The notes: a model not told the origin generated them from the sequence alone. A stretch of DNA of 64,000 bases from an uncultured Erysipelotrichaceae bacterium (GCA_902800025.1 CADCDA010000003.1:102372-166371); one strand, 5' to 3'; shown: positions 1 to 11,288, numbered from the stretch's first letter. Numbers and translations are program-made.

Positions 1-929
1 GTATGGACTCGATTCCCACTACTTCTTTTATAATCGTTTTTATTTGTTTCATTATATGGAATGAGGTTTACATAACCGTTTGTTCCTTTAATGAGTTTAA
101 TTAGTTCTTCTGCGCATTCTTTTGTATCATTAATGCCTTCTAGAAGAAGATATTCATATGTCACTCTTCTACCCGCGATTTTTTCATATTCTTTAATGGC
201 AGGGAAGAGAACTTCTAAAGGATAAACTTTGTTTATTTTCATTAATTTGTTACGAAGTTCATTATTTGGAGCGTGTAAAGAAATCGCTAAATTTGTTTGT
301 AAACCTTCTTTTGCGTATTCTCTAATCTTATCTGGTAAGCCACAAGTACTAACAGTAATATGTCTAGCTCCAATTGCTAAGCCTTTTTGAGCGTTAACAA
401 TTCTAATAAAGTCCATAACATTTTCATAATTATCAAATGGTTCACCTGTTCCCATAACAACGATATGAGTAACATGTTCTCCTCTTCCTTCTTCCTTAAG
501 AAGATTATTGATAACTAAAACTTCTCCCACCATTTCATGAGGTAAAAGATTTCTTTGTTTTCCTAAAATACCGCTAGAACAGAAAGAGCAACCCATATTA
601 CAGCCGACTTGGCTAGAAACGCAGACGGCATTTCCATAGTTATATCTCATCAAAACTGTTTCAACTTTATAACCATCTTCTAATTCTAATAAGAGTTTAA
701 TAGTTCCATCACTACTCACTTGTTTAGTGTGAATTTTTGGTAATGAAAGAGAGAAATCTTTATTTAAGATTTCCCTAAATTTAATAGAAACATCACTCAT
801 TTCATCAAAAGAAGTGACTTTCTTTTCATAAATCCATGTATATAGTTGAACAGCGCGATATGGTTTCTGTTCGTAATTTTCTAATAATTTTTGGAGCTTT
901 TTAAGCTCTAAACCGTATAGATTAATCAT
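1..929 (-). CDS. rlmN: 23S rRNA m2A2503 / tRNA m2A37 methyltransferase RlmN, radical SAM. Partial: the C-terminus runs off the window start
   Basis: The reverse-strand translation starts MINLYGLELKKLQKLLENYEQKPYRAVQLYTWIY and contains the radical-SAM motif SSQVGCNMGCSFCSSG (CxxxCxxC). It is absent from the ORF track because it has no in-window stop. Synteny with rsmB upstream matches the Firmicutes fmt-rsmB-rlmN order. The ATG at 927-929 overlaps the rsmB stop. Confidence 0.8.
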   Translation of the reverse strand, partial: MINLYGLELKKLQKLLENYEQKPYRAVQLYTWIYEKKVTSFDEMSDVSIKFREILNKDFSLSLPKIHTKQVSSDGTIKLLLELEDGYKVETVLMRYNYGNAVCVSSQVGCNMGCSFCSSGILGKQRNLLPHEMVGEVLVINNLLKEEGRGEHVTHIVVMGTGEPFDNYENVMDFIRIVNAQKGLAIGARHITVSTCGLPDKIREYAKEGLQTNLAISLHAPNNELRNKLMKINKVYPLEVLFPAIKEYEKIAGRRVTYEYLLLEGINDTKECAEELIKLIKGTNGYVNLIPYNETNKNDYKRSSGNRVH

Positions 930-2178
930 TGTTTTCGCCCATTTTCTTTAGCCTTGCATAATACATACATGAGTCAAAGCTCTCGAATGGGAAAAATTGA
1001 TGTTCTTCGATGAGAGAGAATTCTTGATGCTTCACTAAGAAATTAGCGATTAAGCTATTGGATTCTTTTCTCGATAATGTTGGAATCATGTAAACGAGTT
1101 CACCATCATCTTCAACAAACTTAGAGCATTCTTCCAAACAATTAAGCTGATCAACAATTAATTGATCAAGTTGTTCTTGTTTAATTCTTAAGAAATAATC
1201 TGGAGTGCTTCTAAGTAAATCAAAGATTGAACTCTTAGGAAGGCAAATGAAAACATTTGCTTTCTTAGAAATGCAAGTAATCAAACCTTGATAATTTGAT
1301 TCATAAATATATAAATGTGTAAGCCCCATCTCTTTTGCGGTTTTTCTTGTTTCATACAAAGTAGGAGTATGATTGATAACTAAATCAAGAGGAGCTTCTT
1401 TACCAAATCTAGTGATAATATCTAAAAAGATATTATTTGGAACTTCAGTATAAATAGCGACCTTTTTAATTGGATCGAGTTCTAATTTATCTAAAATGAC
1501 TTTTGTCGCCATTTTCATAAAGAAAACACGATTATCTTTAAATTCTTCTAAAGTCTTCGCTGATCCTCTACCTTGATAAACAATCATGTTGTCCACTGGC
1601 GCTTTAGAAAAATCGGGATGTTTAGATAAGAATTCATCAATATTAACTTCGTTTTCATTAACGCGAATTGAGGCTACTGATTGACGGTAATTAACTTTTA
1701 AAACTTTAAAAACTAAACCTTTTCCAAATTGTTTTTGCCACATTCTAATAACCCAGGCTGGAGTATTATAACGAAGGGAAAGGAATTCTGGAGAAGATTT
1801 ATCGAGTTCTTCTGGAATAATCTCGTTAGTGGAATCAACAAAGTTGATTAAATCATCGACTTCTTTTTGAGGAAGATCAGCTTTAGCTAGTGCTAAAAGA
1901 TCTTTGTCATTAAATCTTCTTAAGAAGAGATGGTTAGAAAGATAAAATCTTAAATAGACTGTCTTTTCAAATTCTAATCCTTCACCTAAAAAGCGATTGA
2001 TTAGATTTTCAAAAATCAAATGATGACGAAGCTCGCATCCGACTAAAGCAGTAACGTTGCTTCTAGTAGCTGGATCAGCGTCAATCTTTTTAAACATTTG
2101 ACGTAATGCGGTTGCAAAAGGAACTTCGTTGATGACGAGGTTTAATAATATTTGTTTACTTAATTCAAATTCATTCAT
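922..2178 (-). CDS. rsmB: 16S rRNA m5C967 methyltransferase RsmB/Sun (NusB-like N-terminus plus SAM-MTase)
   Basis: 418 aa with a NusB-like N-terminal region and the MTase core (…PDFSKAPVDNMIVYQGRGSAKT…). It sits directly upstream of rlmN as in the B. subtilis yloM-yloN pair. Confidence 0.8.
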   Translation of the reverse strand: MNEFELSKQILLNLVINEVPFATALRQMFKKIDADPATRSNVTALVGCELRHHLIFENLINRFLGEGLEFEKTVYLRFYLSNHLFLRRFNDKDLLALAKADLPQKEVDDLINFVDSTNEIIPEELDKSSPEFLSLRYNTPAWVIRMWQKQFGKGLVFKVLKVNYRQSVASIRVNENEVNIDEFLSKHPDFSKAPVDNMIVYQGRGSAKTLEEFKDNRVFFMKMATKVILDKLELDPIKKVAIYTEVPNNIFLDIITRFGKEAPLDLVINHTPTLYETRKTAKEMGLTHLYIYESNYQGLITCISKKANVFICLPKSSIFDLLRSTPDYFLRIKQEQLDQLIVDQLNCLEECSKFVEDDGELVYMIPTLSRKESNSLIANFLVKHQEFSLIEEHQFFPFESFDSCMYYARLKKMGENND

Positions 2179-2240
2179 ACATTCATTATACGCATTTTAA
2201 TACGCGTGTATACAAAAAGTTCCGATGCAATTTGACTTTT

Positions 2241-2693
2241 TTATTTTATTCCAGCAAAGATATCGCCGGTATATATTTCGTCTTCCCCTTCTCCTTCTTC
2301 CATATCTTCGTTATATTCATCTTCGAAATTAACGAGATTTTTATCTTCTAAGAATGGAGGGTAGTCGTTATTAATTTTTTGATAATAATGGTCACTAGAA
2401 TAATACTTATAAAGTATTTCTAAGTGAATTGCGACTTCTGAAATGTAATGAGAAAGAAGTCGAGACATTTGGTCTTGTAAAACTTCAACTTTTTTAGGAG
2501 CGTTTACTTCTACAAACACTCTCCAAGAAGTTTGTTCGTTGCCTTCATGGAACACCATGTTGCTACTAGAAATGAAATGAATATCATCGATATCCATCTC
2601 ATAAATTTTTGCGACGTCTTTACTAATTCTTTTGCTTAATTCACCAACAACGAATTGATCAAGACCATAAATATTAATTGTAACCATTATCAT
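2241..2693 (-). CDS. hypothetical protein with a highly acidic C-terminal tail (EDMEEGEGEDE). It occupies the position where def/fmt normally sit between priA and rsmB
   Basis: 150-aa ORF with consistent codon usage and no recognisable motif. Confidence 0.45.
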   Translation of the reverse strand: MIMVTINIYGLDQFVVGELSKRISKDVAKIYEMDIDDIHFISSSNMVFHEGNEQTSWRVFVEVNAPKKVEVLQDQMSRLLSHYISEVAIHLEILYKYYSSDHYYQKINNDYPPFLEDKNLVNFEDEYNEDMEEGEGEDEIYTGDIFAGIK

Positions 2694-2721
2694 TTACCTC
2701 AATATTACTATACTCAATTTT

Positions 2722-4917
2722 TTAAAAATTGTAAGGGTCAATATTTATCGACAAGGCAATTGATCCCTTTTGAGCGTTCGCTTTTACGAGTTTTCTAAGC
2801 ACCTCTCTAACTTTTTCCATGTGTCGATATTTTAATAATATCAATCGAATATGATTGTTATTTTCATAAGGCACAAATGGAGTTGTTGGACCTAGAATTA
2901 TTGCTTCATCTTTTAAATCTTCATTTAATTTATCGATTAATCGATAGACATTATCAATTACTGTATCTTCAACTTTACCACTTACTGTCACACTCGCTAA
3001 GAATGTATAAGGTGGGAAGGACTGTGCTTTACGAGATTCCATCTCTCTTTTATAAAAGAGTTCATAATCTTGTCTAGCCGCCATCGTAATTGCGTAATGA
3101 GACGGTGAATACGTTTGAATAATCGCTTCACCTTTTTTATCGCTTCTTCCACTTCTACCAACTGCTTGAGTTATAAGTTGAAATACTCTTTCACTACTTC
3201 GATAACTTGGAAGAGATAAACCGATATCCGCCATAACGATGCCTACTAATGTAACATCAGGGAAATCATGTCCCTTAGCAATCATTTGTGTGCCGATTAA
3301 AATATCAGCTTCTTTTCTTCTAAACGCTTCAACAATTGAAGGAATCTTTGTTCTTATTTTTGCGGAATCACTATCAAGACGAAGCGTTCTTGCACTTGGG
3401 AATAGCTTATGAACCTCTTCTTCAATTCTTTCTGTTCCAAAGCCAGACCTCATCAAATATTTTGATCCGCACATTGGGCAATTATCCATTGATGGTTCTA
3501 CATAATTACAGTGATGACATTTAAGCATTAAATCACTACGATGATAGGTTAATGGAATTGAACAAGTTGGGCATTTAAAAATATAGCCGCAGCTTCGACA
3601 AGAAACACTACTAGCAAAGCCTCTACGATTAATAAGAAGAATTGCTTGATTATGATTAGTTAAAGTTTTCTTAAGTTGCTCTCTTAATTTGAAAGAAAAG
3701 ATATAACTTTCTTTATCGATATTATGATAGTCTCCTAAATTAACAATTGTTGTCTTAGGTAAAGGTTGATTATTGATTCTTTTTTCTAATCTTAAAAAAT
3801 GATAGACGCCTTTTCCTGCTCTTGCTCTACTTTCTAAAGAAGGAGTGGCACTTCCTAATAAAACTTTAGCGTGATGCATCTCTGCTCTCATAATCGCCAC
3901 TTCTCGAGCGTGATAGAAAGGAGGAACATCTTGCTTATAACTTTCAACATGTTCTTCATCTAATATGATTAAACCAATATCAGATAAAGGAGCGAATATT
4001 GCACTACGTGCACCAACAACAATTTTACAATCCCCACTAGCGATTTTACGATACTCATCATATTTTTCAGCAGGAGTGAGTTCACTATGAAGGATTGCAA
4101 CTTTATCATGAAATCTAGAGATATAGTTTCTCATCATCATTGGGGTTAAAGATATTTCGGGAACCAAGACTAAAACAGACTTTCCTTTAGATAAATATTC
4201 TTCACTCAGTGTGAGGTAGACTTCGCTTTTACCACTTCCAGTAACTCCTTCAAGTAGATATACCTGATCGTCACTATTTTTAAATTCATTGATAACATTT
4301 ATTTGATCGCTAGTAAGAGTGACTTTTTCACTATTTTCATATTCAGGGATTTCAAGTCTTCTTTTCTCTTCTTTAACGATTTTTACTAATTTCTTTTCAA
4401 TGAGTTTATTAAGAATCGAGACTTGTTTGATTTCCTTTTTAAGAATTCTTCCTTCATCTCTAATCAGTCTTAATAATTCAATCTGTTTATAGGTTAAGTC
4501 CTCTTCGTCATATTTTTCTAATTCAATATATTGATCATATGCGATTTTAGGAGCTTTTAAAAAACTTCTTCTCGGGCTTAAAGACGGAGGAAGCATCGAC
4601 TGTAACACTGAGATTTTAGTGGCTAGATAATAATCACTTACTTTATCAGCAAGTTCCATTAAGTCTTCACTTAATAAAGGAGAAGAATCAATAACATCCA
4701 CTATTTCGGATACTGTGAAGCCTAATTCTTCTTCTAATTCAGAAACGCTTTTAGTTGTGTCTTTAACATTTAAAACATATCCCACTAGTTCTTGGTTATT
4801 AAAGGTTACTAAAACTCGATATCCTTTATCGATTGATTTATTACCTTTATAAACATAAGAAAAAGGACGATTCAGTGAATAATTATGATGTTCAATTAAT
4901 AATTCAACAATCTTCAT
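2722..4917 (-). CDS. priA: primosomal protein N' (replication restart helicase PriA)
   Basis: Walker A LLEGVTGSGKSEVY, a DExH-like box, and a Cys-rich zinc-binding segment CRSCGYIFKCPTCSIPLTYH…CHHCNYVEPSMDNCPMCGS. 731 aa. Confidence 0.9.
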   Translation of the reverse strand: MKIVELLIEHHNYSLNRPFSYVYKGNKSIDKGYRVLVTFNNQELVGYVLNVKDTTKSVSELEEELGFTVSEIVDVIDSSPLLSEDLMELADKVSDYYLATKISVLQSMLPPSLSPRRSFLKAPKIAYDQYIELEKYDEEDLTYKQIELLRLIRDEGRILKKEIKQVSILNKLIEKKLVKIVKEEKRRLEIPEYENSEKVTLTSDQINVINEFKNSDDQVYLLEGVTGSGKSEVYLTLSEEYLSKGKSVLVLVPEISLTPMMMRNYISRFHDKVAILHSELTPAEKYDEYRKIASGDCKIVVGARSAIFAPLSDIGLIILDEEHVESYKQDVPPFYHAREVAIMRAEMHHAKVLLGSATPSLESRARAGKGVYHFLRLEKRINNQPLPKTTIVNLGDYHNIDKESYIFSFKLREQLKKTLTNHNQAILLINRRGFASSVSCRSCGYIFKCPTCSIPLTYHRSDLMLKCHHCNYVEPSMDNCPMCGSKYLMRSGFGTERIEEEVHKLFPSARTLRLDSDSAKIRTKIPSIVEAFRRKEADILIGTQMIAKGHDFPDVTLVGIVMADIGLSLPSYRSSERVFQLITQAVGRSGRSDKKGEAIIQTYSPSHYAITMAARQDYELFYKREMESRKAQSFPPYTFLASVTVSGKVEDTVIDNVYRLIDKLNEDLKDEAIILGPTTPFVPYENNNHIRLILLKYRHMEKVREVLRKLVKANAQKGSIALSINIDPYNF

Positions 4918-4923
4918 TAATTA

Positions 4924-5505
4924 TTATTTTCGTCCTTCTTTTAATTTCTTTTTGATAAGATCGACAATTTCTTGAGACGCTCGTGCGACATCATCGTTCA
5001 ATATAATGTAATCATATTGTTCTGTCATCGTCATCTCTTTTTTACCTTTTTGTAGTCTCTCTTGGATGATTTCTTCGCTTTCTGTCTTTCTTCTTCTGAT
5101 TCTCGCTTCAAGAGCGTCAACCGAAGGAGGCATGATGAAGAAGGATATCACTCGATCATCATTGACTTTTCTTAATACTTCGCCAGCCCCATTGACTTCG
5201 ATTTCTAAGACAATGTGTTTTCCTTTATTTCTAAGTTCTTCGACTTTGTCTTTTGGAGTTCCGTATCTATTACCAACGAATTCTTCCCATTCTAAGAAGT
5301 TGTCCGCATCAATATTCCTTTGGAACTCTTCTGGGGTAACAAAATAATAATCCACTCCATCCACTTCCTTTTCTCTTTGTTTACGTGTAGTCATCGAGAT
5401 GGAATAGGACAAGTCTAGATTATAGTTGTCCATAATATATTTACGGACAGTACCTTTACCTACACCTGAAGGTCCAGAAATAATAATGAGTAATCCTTTT
5501 TTCAT
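4924..5505 (-). CDS. gmk: guanylate kinase
   Basis: P-loop GPSGVGKGTV and SMTTRKQREKEVDGVDYYFV. The track ORF starts at an upstream TTG (5544). The first ATG (MKKGLLIIISGPSG) is at 5505. Confidence 0.9.
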   Translation of the reverse strand: MKKGLLIIISGPSGVGKGTVRKYIMDNYNLDLSYSISMTTRKQREKEVDGVDYYFVTPEEFQRNIDADNFLEWEEFVGNRYGTPKDKVEELRNKGKHIVLEIEVNGAGEVLRKVNDDRVISFFIMPPSVDALEARIRRRKTESEEIIQERLQKGKKEMTMTEQYDYIILNDDVARASQEIVDLIKKKLKEGRK

Positions 5506-5570
5506 ATTTAGCGATATTATACTTATAATAATTTCTTTTAGCAAAAGAAAAATAATGAAATAATATATTT

Positions 5571-6959
5571 ATGTCCCCTAAACTAAATCTAAAAGGTGTA
5601 ATTGAAGTAATATCAGAGTTAAAAAGTAAGGTTCTAAACAACTTTATTTCTAATGTCTCAATAGTCAATTCCAGTGATATTCTTTTAACATTTTCTTTTT
5701 ATAATAAAGAGAAATTACTTATTTGTTTAAACCACAATAACCCATTTGTTTCGCTGATTGATTCTTCATATAACTCAGCGACTACTCTAGGGGGATTAAA
5801 CGAAAATCTGCGTAAATATCTCAAGGGTAGTTATATCATCAACATTGAACAAATAAACTCTGATAGAGTCATAAAATTCTCATTAACAAAAACTAATGAA
5901 TTCTACCAAAAAGAGAACTACTTTTTAATATTAGAGCTTATCCCAACAATTAATAATTTATTAATCTTGGACGAGAAAGAAAACATTGTTTTTGCTAAGC
6001 ATTACACTGACTTAACTGCCTCTCGACCAGTCATTAGAGGAATGAAATATATTCCGATATCCGCTAATAAAGAGATGCAGCTTAAAGACTTCGACATGAA
6101 GTCATATAAAGATGCAGTTAGCCATTATTTAAGTGAGATTGATCAAAAAGCCAAAAAAGAAAAAGCTCTCCCACTATTTAACTACCTCAAACAAAGAGTG
6201 AAATCTCTTAATAAGAAAATCGTCGTCTTAGAAAAAGAAATGGAAGAAGCAAAAAGCAAATATGAATATAAGGAAGTTGGAGAAACTCTTCTCACACTTA
6301 TGAATGACGAAGAAAATCTTAATGATTATATAAATTATATAAAAGATATATATGATGGGGATTTATCACCAAAAGATAACGCGAATAAACTCTTTGAAAA
6401 ATATAAGAAAGCCAAAAGAACAATTGAAAACGATATAAGAGAAATTAGTATCGCTAAAGAAAACGTTGAAGAAATTGAATATATCTTAAGCATCTTCTCT
6501 TATTACACTGATCAAGAAATCGAAGAACTTTATAAAAAGTATCTTCCAAAGCATCATACGAATAAAAGAAATAAAGAAGTCGATGCTCGATTACCTTATT
6601 ACATCACTTATCAAGGAACAAGAATTGGTTTTGGTAAGAACAAAGAACAGAATAATTATCTAACATTTAAAAAAGCAAATAAGGACGACATCTATCTACA
6701 CGTTTCTTCTTATCACGGAGCTCACGTCATCATCTTTAATAATGATCCATCTAAAGAGATAATCCTAGTGGCCTCAGAAATCACACTCCTATTATCCAAT
6801 TTAGAAAGTGGAGACATTTATATTGCTGATGTGAAGGATGTAAAAAAAGGAGAAGAACTTGGTAAAGTTAATCTCCTTAAATATCAAACCATCACTCTTC
6901 ACGAAGTAAGAGAATCTACTAAACAACTTCTAAAAGAACAAAAAAGAATCCAAAATTAA
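5571..6959 (+). CDS. rqcH: RqcH/FbpA-like ribosome quality control protein (NFACT-N, coiled coil, NFACT-R), compact 462-aa form
   Basis: N-terminal NFACT-N with a conserved D98-R99 (…QINSDRVIKF…). The central region is a coiled coil. The C-terminal NFACT-R/DUF814-like segment is YLHVSSYHGAHVIIFN. The gene lies next to gmk as B. subtilis yloA does. Confidence 0.65.
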   Translation: MSPKLNLKGVIEVISELKSKVLNNFISNVSIVNSSDILLTFSFYNKEKLLICLNHNNPFVSLIDSSYNSATTLGGLNENLRKYLKGSYIINIEQINSDRVIKFSLTKTNEFYQKENYFLILELIPTINNLLILDEKENIVFAKHYTDLTASRPVIRGMKYIPISANKEMQLKDFDMKSYKDAVSHYLSEIDQKAKKEKALPLFNYLKQRVKSLNKKIVVLEKEMEEAKSKYEYKEVGETLLTLMNDEENLNDYINYIKDIYDGDLSPKDNANKLFEKYKKAKRTIENDIREISIAKENVEEIEYILSIFSYYTDQEIEELYKKYLPKHHTNKRNKEVDARLPYYITYQGTRIGFGKNKEQNNYLTFKKANKDDIYLHVSSYHGAHVIIFNNDPSKEIILVASEITLLLSNLESGDIYIADVKDVKKGEELGKVNLLKYQTITLHEVRESTKQLLKEQKRIQN

Positions 6960-6961
6960 AC

Positions 6962-6990
6962 AAAAGCCCAGTAAAACTGGGCTCTTAATT
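6962..6990. terminator. bidirectional intrinsic terminator between convergent rqcH and the small ORF
   Basis: Hairpin AGCCCAGT-aaa-ACTGGGCT with T/A-rich flanks. Confidence 0.6.
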
Positions 6991-7002
6991 TCTAAATATA
7001 TA

Positions 7003-7230
7003 TTAGGCGTGTCGAGTCACAACGAAACGGTTGTAGTCATTGCAAACGTATTCAACGTTATGCTTGTTACCGTTTAATGCGAAGGAATCTTCAACTTGTA
7101 AACCGTAGAGATAGTGAGAAGAATAATATGCGAACATATAGTTAATCGCAGCACCTCTACTCTTGAAAATTGATCTCTTAAGTCTAATTTTTTCGCCGTT
7201 TACAACAGCAGAGAGTTCGTAGTATTTCAT
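7003..7230 (-). CDS. small hypothetical protein (about 75 aa from the first ATG; the track ORF starts at an upstream GTG at 7284)
   Basis: The ATG at 7230 is preceded by a strong SD (AAGTGAGGT, 7 nt upstream). No motif recognised. Confidence 0.4.
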   Translation of the reverse strand: MKYYELSAVVNGEKIRLKRSIFKSRGAAINYMFAYYSSHYLYGLQVEDSFALNGNKHNVEYVCNDYNRFVVTRHA

Positions 7231-7439
7231 TTTGTAATACCTCACTTTCAGTAGTTTAACGTCGTGCTTAGGACGAGGTATCACTTAATGATGCCCTTAT
7301 TTTAGTCCTTTTTTTATAAATGTCAATAGGTTTACACAAAAATCTTATATATTACTTCGTAATATATAAAAAATATTTTTATCAAACTTTTTTTAAAATT
7401 TTTGAAATATTTTTTCTTTCATCTTTCAAAAAATTAAAC

Positions 7440-7466
7440 AAAAGTACCCTTAAAGGGTACTTTTCC
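7440..7466 (-). terminator. intrinsic terminator ending the pfp-atp-ppa-trmL transcription unit
   Basis: Palindrome AGTACCCTTtaAAGGGTACT, followed on the minus strand by CTTTTGTTTAATTTTTT. Confidence 0.6.
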
Positions 7467-7495
7467 AAGTGAATTATGTTTTGATTATGTTTTGA

Positions 7496-8014
7496 TTATT
7501 TCTTTTCGTTAATTAAGAAATCTTCGCCTTTAATGGCTTCGGAAGTACTGAGGTTTAGAAACTTTTGCTGTCTTAAAACTTCATAGACCACGATCGCTAC
7601 TGAGTTAGATAAATTCAAACTTCTAGCCTCTGGAACCATTGGAATTCTTAATAATCGATCAGGATGACTTCTTAATATATCATGTGGAATTCCTGTTGAT
7701 TCTCTTCCAAACATTAAAAAGATATCTTTATATGATTCAGTGAAATCAAATGTTGAATATACTTTATTTGAGTATCTTGTTACATAGTATGTATTCGCGT
7801 TTGGATAAGCTTTTAAATAAGCATCATAATCTTCAAAATAATTCCACTTCAAAGATTCAATATAATCCATGCCCGCTCTTTTAAGGGACTTTTCATCTAA
7901 AGAAAAAGATAAGGGACCAATGATATCCAAGGTTGCATTAATCGCAACACATGTTCTAATTATGTTCCCTGTATTTTGTGGTTTTTCTGGACGATATAAG
8001 ACGATATGAATCAT
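7496..8014 (-). CDS. trmL: tRNA (cytidine/uridine34-2'-O)-methyltransferase TrmL (SpoU family)
   Basis: 172 aa with NTGNIIRTC and FGRESTGIP SpoU-class motifs. Confidence 0.8.
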   Translation of the reverse strand: MIHIVLYRPEKPQNTGNIIRTCVAINATLDIIGPLSFSLDEKSLKRAGMDYIESLKWNYFEDYDAYLKAYPNANTYYVTRYSNKVYSTFDFTESYKDIFLMFGRESTGIPHDILRSHPDRLLRIPMVPEARSLNLSNSVAIVVYEVLRQQKFLNLSTSEAIKGEDFLINEKK

Positions 8015-8581
8015 CTAATAATCTCCTTTTGCCCTTCTTTCTGCAAGATGCTTTGGTTCGATAATAGCTTTATACATCTTGATACAATCTGAGATGATTT
8101 GTTTGGCGACATTCACATCTTTGACTTCGTCAATCGCGGTTTCTTTATTTTCTAACATCTTATATACTGCGAAGAAGTGTTTAATCTCATCCATGATATG
8201 ACTTGGAATATCAACGATATTGTCATATTGAGAATAAAATGGATCATTTAAAGGAACAGCGATAATCTTTTCATCATATAAACCGTTATCAGTCATGATT
8301 AAAACTCCGATTGGTTTACAATCGACAAAGCTCATTGGAATGATACTTTCACTACAAAGGACTAAGACATCAAGTGGGTCATAATCTCTTGCATAGGTTC
8401 TTGGAATAAATCCATAGTTTTGTGGATAATGTGTACTTGTAAAAAGTACACGGTCCAAGATTAAATGACCTGTTTCTTTGTCTAATTCGTATTTATTTTT
8501 ACTTGCTTTAGAGATTTCAATAAGCGCTAAAAAGTGATCAGGTGTCACTCGACTAGCTCTTACATCATGCCATGGATGCAT
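8015..8581 (-). CDS. ppa: inorganic pyrophosphatase, family I
   Basis: 188 aa that can be aligned by eye to E. coli Ppa: YELDKETGHLILDRVLFTS…YPQNYGFIP…DPLDVLVL…IGVLIMTDNGLYDEKIIAV…HFF. Confidence 0.9.
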   Translation of the reverse strand: MHPWHDVRASRVTPDHFLALIEISKASKNKYELDKETGHLILDRVLFTSTHYPQNYGFIPRTYARDYDPLDVLVLCSESIIPMSFVDCKPIGVLIMTDNGLYDEKIIAVPLNDPFYSQYDNIVDIPSHIMDEIKHFFAVYKMLENKETAIDEVKDVNVAKQIISDCIKMYKAIIEPKHLAERRAKGDY

Positions 8582-8596
8582 AAAGTTTCCTCCTAA

Positions 8597-9009
8597 TTAA
8601 TTATTATCACTAACGCTTAATCGATTCAATGCGCGAAGTAGACTGGCTTTCGCTCTTTGAACATCAACATCTTTATCGTTATTATTCTCTTTTAAGCGTC
8701 TTTCTGCTCTTTCTTTAGAAGATAAAGCACGCTCTTTATCAATCTCGTCTTTTCTTTCTATCGAATCAACTAGAAGAGTGACTGAGTGATCTTTTTTGAT
8801 ATTAATCACTCCTCCGCCAATCGCATAAATTGTTTCTTGCCCATTTTTTCTAATGACGAGTTTAGATATTTCTAAAGTCGAAATTAAAGGTGCATGATTT
8901 GGTAATATACCAATCACACCCATCGCCGAGGTCGTTGATAAATAATCTGCATCAGTAGATAAATATTGACCAAACGGTGTTAATATCTCAACTCTAAAAG
9001 TCTTATCCA

Positions 9010-9010
<1 letters not shown>
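8597..9010 (-). CDS. atpC: F1 ATP synthase epsilon subunit
   Basis: 137 aa. A beta-sandwich N-terminus (RVEILTPFGQ…) is followed by a helical C-terminus. Position is after atpD. Confidence 0.85.
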
Positions 9011-10434
<1,424 letters not shown>

Positions 10435-11277
10435 CTATATTGCTTTACTAGCCGCGACTATCTCAGTAATCTCTTGAGTAATAGCGGTCTGACGGGCTTT
10501 ATTAAATTCAATCTTTAACTCATCTAATAAGTCTTTAGCGTTATTAGTGGCGTTTTCCATCGCGTTACTTCTCGCTCCTTGTTCACAAACTTCACTTTCA
10601 ATGAGCTTGGAATATAAAGCAGTCTTCACATAAAATGGCACTAAAGTTTTAATGAGTTCTTTATTACTCGGCTCCATGATTGGAGGATAGTCATTAACTT
10701 CTTCCTGTTCATGGTTTAAAGGTAATAATTGATAATCTTTAGCAAGGAAGATTAAGGAATTCTTATATTCAGAATAGATGATATGAATCTCTGAATATTC
10801 ACCACTCTCATATTTATCTAAAAGATAATCACTCATCTTTCTAATCAAAGTTGTGTTTTGGATTGAATATGATTCATTAAAACCTTCGATGATTTTAAAT
10901 TCTCCTTTAGAGTAATGAGCAATTCCCTTTCCTCCTAAAATAATCGCTTCATCTTCATTAGTGATTTTAGAATCGCTAACTTTGAAGATGTTATTGTTAT
11001 AACTTCCACATAAACCAAGAGTGGAAGAAATGATGATGTATAGTTTTTTTGTTGTGTTTGTATTTATTTTTAAATAAGGTGATTTAGTATTTTTAGAGAA
11101 TGTCAAAAGTAAATCAACAACTTCATTCAGTTGATTTGTGTATTCCTTATTCGCGAGCATTTTATTTCTCCACTGTTTTAATTTAACGGTGGACACTAGT
11201 TTCATCGCACTAGTGACTTTATATGCTCCGGTTACGGACTTAATTCTCGATTTAATTTTGACAACGTTTTGAGGCAT
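10435..11277 (-). CDS. atpG: F1 ATP synthase gamma subunit
   Basis: 280 aa with a C-terminal ITQEITEIVAASKAI helix, between atpA and atpD. Confidence 0.9.
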   Translation of the reverse strand: MPQNVVKIKSRIKSVTGAYKVTSAMKLVSTVKLKQWRNKMLANKEYTNQLNEVVDLLLTFSKNTKSPYLKINTNTTKKLYIIISSTLGLCGSYNNNIFKVSDSKITNEDEAIILGGKGIAHYSKGEFKIIEGFNESYSIQNTTLIRKMSDYLLDKYESGEYSEIHIIYSEYKNSLIFLAKDYQLLPLNHEQEEVNDYPPIMEPSNKELIKTLVPFYVKTALYSKLIESEVCEQGARSNAMENATNNAKDLLDELKIEFNKARQTAITQEITEIVAASKAI

Positions 11278-11288
11278 AATTCACCAAA

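Noticed and set aside
2877-3524. Short plus-strand ORFs (2877-3077, 3336-3524) inside priA
   Set aside because: They are antisense to a confidently assigned 731-aa gene. They are low-complexity Leu-rich translations typical of AT-rich antisense frames.
7472-7497. Tandem duplication ATGTTTTGATT x2 at the 3' end of trmL
   Set aside because: Only two copies of 11-12 nt overlapping the stop codon. That is too short for a CRISPR or satellite repeat and is likely a trivial duplication.
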